From IMG/VR virus record IMGVR_UViG_3300033076_001240, positions 1-26,238 of that record: a stretch of 26,238 bases of DNA; one strand, given 5' to 3'. The notes beneath the pieces were generated by a model. That model had not been told where the DNA came from. It was given only the letters and a program-made list of their open reading frames with translations, and did not search any database. Origin of the DNA: a virus (taxonomy: Duplodnaviria > Caudoviricetes). The translations under genes were made by a program, and so were the position numbers. Below, piece by piece: positions 18,642 to 25,902 of this stretch. Every line of letters starts with the position of its first letter. The first letter of the stretch is position 1.

Positions 18642-19903
18642 TATTCAGTAAAGTTTTGGGTTGATAACATTTCTTTCAATCTTCTTTTCAGAGCATTAAA
18701 ATCAGTTCTATTTTCAGGACCAATTGCAGTAGGACCTGAAGGAGTTTTGTAAACTTGTTCAACAATTAAATCAATCATAGTTTCCAACAATTCTTTAAGA
18801 GTATTACCTCTAACCAATGGTTCTGATGCTTTATCAGTATTTGGTGATTTGCCAGATTCATTAGTGTTTAAGAATATTTTACCATCCCCCGTTTTAATTG
18901 AAACATTTGAACTATTCCTATCAGTTGTAATATTAACATCACTACCAAAATCTAAATCGGCACCCAATCCACCATCAATTGAAAATTTACCATCTGAAAT
19001 AAATCCATAGTTTCCTTTTGAGTGGAAAATCATTTCACCTGTCTTTGATGATATGATAATCTTTCCACTATTAATCAACATATGGTCATCTCCTTTTAGG
19101 GGATTTGGATATGACGAAAACTTATTTGGGGTAATTGATGTTGTTGCAACAAATGGTATTTGGTATTCACCACTTGACATTACAATAACACTACCATCAT
19201 TATTTACCTCTTCTTCGGTTAAATCACCTTCTTTAAGATTTGTTAAACTTTGAGAATTTTGTCTATTACGAATTATAATAGTTGGTGAAAAAACATTGTT
19301 TGCATTATTATATCCACTAAAACGAATTGATTGACCAAATCTTGTTTGAATTAATTTATCACCTTCATATAATTTTAATTTGTTAATAGGATTATATGAA
19401 AAATATTTACCAAATTTACCAGTACTAACCGCATTTGAAGAATTACCTAATGCAGTTCCTGTTTGATTTGCAGTTGAATAATTTTGACTTTTATTTGTTT
19501 TATCCTTATCTGGATAAACATCATTTAATCTATTTTCATTTGAATTACCCTTATTCAGAAAAACACCAGGAATTCTACAATAATAAGTAATACCTGCAAC
19601 ATCAACTAATTCTACAACTTCACCATTTATTGGAATATCCATTTCATAACTACTATATGGTGGATATGCTTTTAATTGTTCAACTGGTGTAGTTTTATCC
19701 GAAATTGGTCTTATAATTGCATAAGCAAATTCTGATAAATCTTTTGTTGAAAATATTTTTTCAGAATCAGAATTTTTATCTTTTATTCGTGGATGTGTTT
19801 CATCCAATATAACATCAACCACTATACCCGTATTTAGGGTACGAGTTGGGGTTTGTTTATTTGCAGATGAAACTGATAAAGATTGTTGTATTCTTTCTGC
19901 CAT
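18641..19903 (-). CDS. Baseplate hub / central spike protein (gp5/Vgr OB-fold-like)
   Basis: GIVVDVILD...IPINGEVVEL...YY, YEGDKLIQTRFGQSIRF, beta-repeat INSGKIIISSK, and EPLVRGNTLKELLE...TPSGPT. Confidence 0.6.
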   Translation of the reverse strand: MAERIQQSLSVSSANKQTPTRTLNTGIVVDVILDETHPRIKDKNSDSEKIFSTKDLSEFAYAIIRPISDKTTPVEQLKAYPPYSSYEMDIPINGEVVELVDVAGITYYCRIPGVFLNKGNSNENRLNDVYPDKDKTNKSQNYSTANQTGTALGNSSNAVSTGKFGKYFSYNPINKLKLYEGDKLIQTRFGQSIRFSGYNNANNVFSPTIIIRNRQNSQSLTNLKEGDLTEEEVNNDGSVIVMSSGEYQIPFVATTSITPNKFSSYPNPLKGDDHMLINSGKIIISSKTGEMIFHSKGNYGFISDGKFSIDGGLGADLDFGSDVNITTDRNSSNVSIKTGDGKIFLNTNESGKSPNTDKASEPLVRGNTLKELLETMIDLIVEQVYKTPSGPTAIGPENRTDFNALKRRLKEMLSTQNFTE

Positions 19904-20316
19904 TATTTTTTATCCAATTTTTGTTTTAATTCTTCAACTTCATATGTCAATTCATCAACTTTATGTTCATGAACATCTACCACTTCTTTAGCAGTTTTTT
20001 CTAAATCATTTAACAATTGATTCTTTTCCTCATCAGTTAAAAATCCAGCATCACCATCTGCTTTATTTTGTGCACCTATAATTCGTTGTGCAATCGCAGC
20101 CATTTTAATAAGTGAATCATCATTCTTTACCGATGTATCAATTAGGTCTTTTAATATAGGACCAATAACTGCCATATCACCTGCATGACGTACTAATTTT
20201 CGCATCTCTGCAATTAATTCAGAAATTCTTTGTTTTTTATTTTGTTGATTTTCGTATATATCCTTAAATAAACCAGAAAGGTTTTTGCCGGGAAAAAGTT
20301 CAAAATCTATACTCAT
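19903..20316 (-). CDS. Conserved-looking helical hypothetical late protein (137 aa)
   Basis: Start revised to MSIDFELF (ATG 20316); the track's extension to 20367 runs through a late motif and a terminator. Confidence 0.7.
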   Translation of the reverse strand: MSIDFELFPGKNLSGLFKDIYENQQNKKQRISELIAEMRKLVRHAGDMAVIGPILKDLIDTSVKNDDSLIKMAAIAQRIIGAQNKADGDAGFLTDEEKNQLLNDLEKTAKEVVDVHEHKVDELTYEVEELKQKLDKK

Positions 20317-20338
20317 AATTTTATATATTAGTTCAACA

Positions 20339-20346
20339 TATAAATA
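20339..20346 (-). promoter_or_regulatory. Candidate late promoter motif TATTTATA
   Basis: ATATTTATAT immediately downstream of the terminator and upstream of ATG 20316. Confidence 0.6.
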
Positions 20347-20350
20347 TGTG

Positions 20351-20383
20351 AAATAAAAAAACCTCACTTTTGATGAGGTTTTT
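20351..20383 (-). terminator. Rho-independent terminator
   Basis: Minus strand AAAACCTCA-TCAAAAG-TGAGGTTTT followed by TTTATTT. Confidence 0.8.
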
Positions 20384-20387
20384 AATA

Positions 20388-20486
20388 TTAAGTCTTCTTT
20401 TTAAAGATTCCACGTTGTTGCTGTTCTTTACGTGTTTTCTTTGCAATCTTTTTACGATTTTTACTTATTCTTTGTTTGTTTGTCAT
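20388..20486 (-). CDS. Very basic 32-aa peptide
   Basis: Not in the track. MTNKQRISKNRKKIAKKTRKEQQQRGIFKKKT; ATGA overlap with the upstream stop, and it ends just before the terminator. Confidence 0.65.
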   Translation of the reverse strand: MTNKQRISKNRKKIAKKTRKEQQQRGIFKKKT

Positions 20487-21298
20487 TTTAATTTTTTCAC
20501 CTCTATTTTGATTTTTGGTTCATATCCTTTTGGTAATTCATTTCTAACACCATTAAAGGATTCTACTTTATCTTCAAAATACTCAATCGTAAGTATTCTA
20601 TCAGTTAAATTCATAATAGTTTGAGAAGATGTAAACATTTCATCACCTTGTCTTCTCATATTTAATTGAGATTCTTTTGGAAAGAATTCTTTTCTCATTG
20701 CTTGTGCAATCTCTCTCCAATCTTCAACCTTATCCACAGTTTTTTCTGCAGATATTTTTCTTATTTTAGATGATAAATATTTTTCACCATGAGTGTATCC
20801 GGCATCGGTAAACATATGGCCGTGATTTGTTCTAACAATCGGATGTTCGGTATTATGAATTTTTATATCAGGTTTGTGTTTTGATGTAGTTTCAATACTC
20901 ACCATTTGTTTAGGTGAAGATATAAATGTATGACCTTTGAGAGATAATTTAGATTTACCTTTATATGTTATTGCAGCTTTAATTGCATCTTTAAGAGTTG
21001 GTTGTTTTATGATGTTTCTCATCTTATCACCATCTGGCCCTGGTTTACCACCCTTTTTTACAATCTTGTGTTCTGCTTCATCGTGTCCAACTAAAAGTGC
21101 TGCATTTACAACACCGATACCATTAGCGTTCATACCCTCACTCCAATCGGTAGTCATATCATGTAGATACGCAACTTCAATTCCATCTATAATAGTGTGG
21201 ACAATTTCTAATTTAGGTTTATATGCTCTATCCCTATTTTTTGCAAGAATAAATTTATCACCAACTTCTTTAGAAACTATAATACATTCGTTTATCAT
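20483..21298 (-). CDS. Cys-nucleophile Ntn-hydrolase (C45/C59/C69-like)
   Basis: CIIVS...ILAKNRD, WSEGMNANGIGVVN and VRTNH are the typical Ntn-hydrolase blocks. Confidence 0.75.
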   Translation of the reverse strand: MINECIIVSKEVGDKFILAKNRDRAYKPKLEIVHTIIDGIEVAYLHDMTTDWSEGMNANGIGVVNAALLVGHDEAEHKIVKKGGKPGPDGDKMRNIIKQPTLKDAIKAAITYKGKSKLSLKGHTFISSPKQMVSIETTSKHKPDIKIHNTEHPIVRTNHGHMFTDAGYTHGEKYLSSKIRKISAEKTVDKVEDWREIAQAMRKEFFPKESQLNMRRQGDEMFTSSQTIMNLTDRILTIEYFEDKVESFNGVRNELPKGYEPKIKIEVKKLK

Positions 21299-21315
21299 TT
21301 CGATTAAACCTTTTT

Positions 21316-22086
21316 TTAATATTTTTGAACTTCTTTATATGCCAAAACTTTTTTAGGTTTCATTATAATTTCATTCCATAATGAAGTTTTATTTTCTTTA
21401 CACTCATCCCAATTCCTACAAAGATTGTTTTCATTATCTGGGTAGGAAAATCTAAATAAATTTGCAGCTCTATTTCCCCTATCAGTTGCAAATGATTTAA
21501 CATCTGATTGAAATGCTGCCACTAAATTACCTTCTAATTTTACCAACACATTACTTTCCGGTCTAAAAAAATCTTTAGCTTGTACTGTAAATGTTGATAA
21601 CGCAAAAGTATATCCAGATTCTAAACTATCTTGTATATTTTTTAATCCTTGTGGGGATGTCCAATGATACGAAATGATATCTATATTAGAACTCTTATAA
21701 GTATCCATTGTAAACTTTTTATCTAATAAAATATATGGTTCAATTGCACCTCTACTAAAAAAGAATGCAATCTTGTCGTTTTCGATATTAACTATATATT
21801 TTTTAAATTCAGTTTCAATTGCCCAAACTCTATGATTAACAAAATCTTCAATAAAATCTAACACATTTTTCTTTGTATGTGCATCGTATAATTCGGTTTC
21901 AACATACAACTGATATCCAAAATATTTGTTCACCAATCCAATCAATTGAGGATTATCATCGATTTTACCACCACGCGTATCAAAACCTTTCTTTTGTAAT
22001 GCCAAAAATTCATAGCATATATCTTTCCATTCCGGTATAGTATGGAATGCTGCTTCTGGTTTTTGATATCCTCTAACTGCGTACAT
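21316..22086 (-). CDS. Putative ADP-ribosyltransferase-fold protein
   Basis: YHWTS..GL.NI..S, ALSTFT and WNEII fall in the order expected for the three ART catalytic strands. Motif-level evidence only. Confidence 0.45.
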   Translation of the reverse strand: MYAVRGYQKPEAAFHTIPEWKDICYEFLALQKKGFDTRGGKIDDNPQLIGLVNKYFGYQLYVETELYDAHTKKNVLDFIEDFVNHRVWAIETEFKKYIVNIENDKIAFFFSRGAIEPYILLDKKFTMDTYKSSNIDIISYHWTSPQGLKNIQDSLESGYTFALSTFTVQAKDFFRPESNVLVKLEGNLVAAFQSDVKSFATDRGNRAANLFRFSYPDNENNLCRNWDECKENKTSLWNEIIMKPKKVLAYKEVQKY

Positions 22087-22089
22087 TGA

Positions 22090-22695
22090 TTACTCTTCGT
22101 CTTTTATTTTACCACATTTTAAACATTCCAATTCACCATCGTTATCGGAATCACCCCAAACGTGTTCACATTGACGATGTGCAAAATAAACATCTATTTT
22201 ACCATCACCATCAAAATCGATACCATCCATAGTTCCATCACCATCTTCATCAACTTCTACACCAGTTCTTGGTTGTGGTGTTGGTGATGTTTGTTGAAAT
22301 GTATCATTTATAGTTTCTTGTGATTTTAGATTTTCAACTGCTTGTTCGAATGCAGGTGATATGATTGGAGTTGGAACACTACCACTATCTGGCATATCTG
22401 AAGTATTAGATAATGAAACACCATCTTCCTCATCCATTTTCTGAACTAACATCTTATCCTTATCGGTATCACTAAACCAATAGTCAATAATTTTACCGTA
22501 AGAACCGATAAAGGCACCTAACATTAATAACAATAATTCTTTCCACTCTACCGATGCAGGTGTGTTTGTTTGAATTGCTGCAAAGATACCACCGATAATT
22601 AATACAAAAGAACCCAATACTAATGCAGTGATATACCATCTGCGTTTCATCATTGCATTTAATAGTTCTCTAAAACCCGTATTTTGATTTTCCAT
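22090..22695 (-). CDS. Two-TM membrane protein with DxDxDG Ca-binding repeats and a C-terminal zinc ribbon
   Basis: Two hydrophobic helices; DEDGDG, DFDGDG and DSDNDG loops; CEH...CLKC. Confidence 0.7.
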   Translation of the reverse strand: MENQNTGFRELLNAMMKRRWYITALVLGSFVLIIGGIFAAIQTNTPASVEWKELLLLMLGAFIGSYGKIIDYWFSDTDKDKMLVQKMDEEDGVSLSNTSDMPDSGSVPTPIISPAFEQAVENLKSQETINDTFQQTSPTPQPRTGVEVDEDGDGTMDGIDFDGDGKIDVYFAHRQCEHVWGDSDNDGELECLKCGKIKDEE

Positions 22696-22724
22696 TTTAT
22701 GTAATCTCCCTATTTTTTACTACA

Positions 22725-22732
22725 TATAAATA
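22725..22732 (-). promoter_or_regulatory. Candidate late promoter motif TATTTATA
   Basis: ATATTTATAT between the terminator and GGGAGA...ATG 22695. Confidence 0.6.
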
Positions 22733-22736
22733 TTGA

Positions 22737-22768
22737 AAATAAAAAACCCAACAAAAAAGTTGGGTTTT
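22737..22768 (-). terminator. Rho-independent terminator after the carbamoyltransferase
   Basis: Minus strand AAAACCCAAC-TTTTTT-GTTGGGTTTT followed by TTATTT. Confidence 0.85.
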
Positions 22769-22788
22769 ATTTAATAAATATAGTATAA

Positions 22789-24504
22789 TTACTTTATCTT
22801 TTTCTTTATAACATAGTTGTATAAAACTAAAGTATCCATTTCACAATTCAAAAACGTTTCGATTGCAGTTTTTGGGTCTAAAACCATTGTTTGGTCTTTT
22901 AGGTTAAATGAGGTGTTTAATACAATTGGATACCCATTATCGATTTGTAATTGATTTAATAATTTATAGATACGGGTATGTTGTCTATTGTTGAGAGTTT
23001 GAATACGAGCAGAACCATCAACATGTGTAATTGCAGGTAAATTCTTTCTATGTTCTTCTTTTACTTTAACAACCTGATTCATATAAGGAACAAGGTGTTT
23101 GTAATCAAAATACTTTAATCTCTCTTCTTCTTTTACAATAGGTGCAAATGGTCTAAATCCTTCTCTTTTTTTAATTACTCTATTCACCCTTGCCTTCATT
23201 TGAGGGTCTCTTGGGTTAGCAAGTATAGAACGATTACCCAATGCTCGAGAACCAAACTCCATCCTTCCCTCAAACCAACCAATGACATTTCCATCAGTAA
23301 TCTCCCTACTAATGATTGGGATAATTTGTGAGTGATTTTTAAATTCATACCAAACATCATTTGAAAATTTATCTAATATTTCCTTAATCTCTTCATTTGT
23401 ATAAGAAGGACCTAAATAAGGATTTGTATTTACTACTCTTTTTTTGTTATTTAATTCATTATACCAATAGTATAATCCTGCACCGATTGCAGAACCAGCA
23501 TCAGATGGTGCCGATGGAATCCACAATCCTTTAAATGGAGTTAAATCGGTAATCTTACCATTTGCAGTTCCATTATATGCACAACCTCCACTTAAACAAA
23601 GATTATTAGCAGGTCTTAATGCAATTGCACGATTTAATAATCTAAAGAAATATTTTTCATAAGTTACTTGAACTGCTGCTGCTAAATCTTTATGTTCTTG
23701 AGTTAATTCATCTTCTGGTAATCTATTTACCAATTCTAAATGTGTACCTAATTTTTCATTGAACATAATTTCATCTGACCAATCATAATCAAACATTTCC
23801 ATATTAAGTTCAAATCCACCATCTTCGGTAGGTTGAATAATATCATCAAATTTCTTTAAATAGGTATAAGGGTTACCATATGGTGCAAGGCCCATTACTT
23901 TGTACTCACCTTCATTTGGTTTGAAACCTAAAAATGCAGTGAACGCAGAATAGAACATTCCCAATGAATGTGGAAAATCAATTGATTGTAATTTTATGAT
24001 ACGATTTTCTTCACCATATGCAATTACTGCGGATTCCCACTCACCTACACCATCAACCGAAACAATCATTGCTCGTTCGTATGGAGATGTATAATAAGAA
24101 TATGCTAGATGTGAAAGGTGATGTTCTGAATAGAATATATTAGAATTTGGAAATAAAGTTTTTATTTCTGATTCTACATTTTTATAATCCTTTTTATTGC
24201 GATGTAAAATTTGTTGCCTATGAACTTCTCTAAAGATTCCACCTCTTTTAGTAGATTGTGAAATTCTATCTAATTTGATTTTAGGATTTTCATAAAAACA
24301 AACCGTATCAATATTTTCTGCAGTAATACCATTTTCTTCCAATAACCAGTTTATAGTGTTAATTGGAAACGATGAATCGTGTTTGATACCAGTAAAACGT
24401 TCTTCTTCTACTGCACCAACTACTTCACCATTTTTAATTAATGCTGCTGCGGAGTCATGATATCCACAACTAATTCCTAATATATAACAATTATTACTCA
24501 TCAT
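22789..24504 (-). CDS. Carbamoyltransferase (NodU/CmcH/TobZ family)
   Basis: ILGIS..YHDSAAA, EEERF, EHHLSH, DGVGE, EYKVMGL, SGGCAYN, SDAG, RALGNRSI, KKREGFRPFAP, HVDGSAR and LNTSFN. Confidence 0.95.
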   Translation of the reverse strand: MMSNNCYILGISCGYHDSAAALIKNGEVVGAVEEERFTGIKHDSSFPINTINWLLEENGITAENIDTVCFYENPKIKLDRISQSTKRGGIFREVHRQQILHRNKKDYKNVESEIKTLFPNSNIFYSEHHLSHLAYSYYTSPYERAMIVSVDGVGEWESAVIAYGEENRIIKLQSIDFPHSLGMFYSAFTAFLGFKPNEGEYKVMGLAPYGNPYTYLKKFDDIIQPTEDGGFELNMEMFDYDWSDEIMFNEKLGTHLELVNRLPEDELTQEHKDLAAAVQVTYEKYFFRLLNRAIALRPANNLCLSGGCAYNGTANGKITDLTPFKGLWIPSAPSDAGSAIGAGLYYWYNELNNKKRVVNTNPYLGPSYTNEEIKEILDKFSNDVWYEFKNHSQIIPIISREITDGNVIGWFEGRMEFGSRALGNRSILANPRDPQMKARVNRVIKKREGFRPFAPIVKEEERLKYFDYKHLVPYMNQVVKVKEEHRKNLPAITHVDGSARIQTLNNRQHTRIYKLLNQLQIDNGYPIVLNTSFNLKDQTMVLDPKTAIETFLNCEMDTLVLYNYVIKKKIK

Positions 24505-25255
24505 CTAAATTATCATCATCCAAATTTAACTTTGAAGTGTCTATCCAAAATGGTTTTTCTCTTACTGAAAAATCACCATGTTCTAAATATTCGTTTAACA
24601 TCTTACGTTGATGTTGCTTCATTATATTGACAACTTTTGTAATGTAATGTGTCTTACAATCTGTCATCTCTCTAATAAGTAGATATAAATGTTTTTTATT
24701 GAAATTTTCTATGTGGTCTGACCTACGAAATAATTCTAATACTGCATCTGCAATTTGAATATCTCTTTTCTTGTTAAAAATAGTTGCGATATGTTTATCC
24801 CAATATTCTAACATTATATCTTTAAATTCTCTAAATTCAGTTGCTTCCTCTACTTCATAAAAATCATTTTCAGGGTTCCAACTTTCAGGCATTTCGGATA
24901 TCAATGCGTTTTGTTTCCATCTTTTAAAATTACCATTATTTTTTAGAATAAGATGATTTTTTGCAATGATGGTAAAATAAGAGAATGCTCTACCCTTACC
25001 TTCTTTGTACATATGCATCTTTTCAATCATAGTGGAAACCACTTCTGTCTGAATATCTTTTTTAGGTACATCAAAATATGAGAACTTAAATGTATTGATT
25101 ACATTCTCTGCAAGTTTCTCAAAGGGATATTTGATTCTTTCTTCGTAAATCCTACTACGTTTATTAGGGTCTTTACATTTATTGTATTCTACTATTGCAT
25201 CTTGTGCAGGTGTTCCAAAGTAAACTTTATCTTTTGGTTTTCTTGTTTTTGCCAT
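24494..25255 (-). CDS. Phage RNA polymerase sigma factor (T4 gp55-like late sigma)
   Basis: EKLAENVINTFKFSY...MIEKMHMYKEGKGRAFSYFTIIAKNHLI resembles the sigma region-2 block of gp55-type factors; acidic C-terminal tail LNLDDDNLDDE. Confidence 0.65.
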   Translation of the reverse strand: MAKTRKPKDKVYFGTPAQDAIVEYNKCKDPNKRSRIYEERIKYPFEKLAENVINTFKFSYFDVPKKDIQTEVVSTMIEKMHMYKEGKGRAFSYFTIIAKNHLILKNNGNFKRWKQNALISEMPESWNPENDFYEVEEATEFREFKDIMLEYWDKHIATIFNKKRDIQIADAVLELFRRSDHIENFNKKHLYLLIREMTDCKTHYITKVVNIMKQHQRKMLNEYLEHGDFSVREKPFWIDTSKLNLDDDNLDDE

Positions 25256-25258
25256 ATT

Positions 25259-25519
25259 TTATAATTCCCCACTTAAATCTTCTATAATGTTTTTTAATTG
25301 TTCAAATGTTGCACCAACTTCATCATCTTTTTCGAATGCTTCTCTTGTATCAATATCTCTCATGTGTTGTAATGCATCTTCTACTTTTGTACGAGTACCT
25401 TGTATTACAACCGTAAGAGTATCTTCCAATTCTTCATTTTGTTTTAATAGATTTCTAACTCCGATTCCCAATATAATATTAAGAATGCCGGATACTATTA
25501 ATAAAATTGTTATTTCCAT
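25259..25519 (-). CDS. Membrane-anchored coiled-coil protein (86 aa)
   Basis: N-terminal hydrophobic helix followed by LLKQNEELED... Confidence 0.65.
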   Translation of the reverse strand: MEITILLIVSGILNIILGIGVRNLLKQNEELEDTLTVVIQGTRTKVEDALQHMRDIDTREAFEKDDEVGATFEQLKNIIEDLSGEL

Positions 25520-25522
25520 ATA

Positions 25523-25897
25523 TTATTTATTTTGAATTGATGATTTAATATTTGAAAGTAATTCCAATTCATTTTGAAATACTGCCTTTTCAAATTCTTC
25601 ACGTTCTTTTTCAATGTGTTCTCTTACAACTTTAATAACATAATCATTGAAAGTTAATGGAGATTGAGCAACGTAAGTAAATTTATGATTAGTAATTGTA
25701 ACTGATGTATCACCTACTTTTACCCAATATCCCAATCGTTTGTTTGAAATATAATATTTACCACTAATTGGTGCAGTTATACATTCAGTATCTTCTGCAT
25801 CAAATAATAAAGATATGATATCAATAATCAATTCTTCATGTTCGGATGGATGGTAGGATGGGAAGAATTTTTCCCTAATATTTTGAAAGATGTTCAT
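25523..25897 (-). CDS. Hypothetical protein (124 aa)
   Basis: Tightly packed ORF; no recognised motif. Confidence 0.65.
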   Translation of the reverse strand: MNIFQNIREKFFPSYHPSEHEELIIDIISLLFDAEDTECITAPISGKYYISNKRLGYWVKVGDTSVTITNHKFTYVAQSPLTFNDYVIKVVREHIEKEREEFEKAVFQNELELLSNIKSSIQNK

Positions 25898-25902
25898 TGG
25901 TA

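Noticed and set aside
19903-20316. Calling the 137-aa helical protein a small terminase subunit
   Set aside because: Size and helicity fit, but there is no diagnostic motif or adjacent large terminase.
20317-20367. Track start at 20367 for the 154-aa ORF
   Set aside because: The extension crosses a terminator and the late motif; ATG 20316 is more plausible.
1804-22732. Reading TATAAATA as true T4 late promoters firing on the plus strand
   Set aside because: No credible plus-strand genes follow them, and the motif tracks minus-strand starts. Antisense transcription cannot be formally excluded.
2998-25535. All plus-strand ORFs in the track (e.g. 2998, 4313, 5246, 8300, 8633, 12277, 16542, 19053, 20370, 20937, 25287)
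   Set aside because: They are antisense shadows of well-supported minus-strand genes, with no motifs or expression signals.
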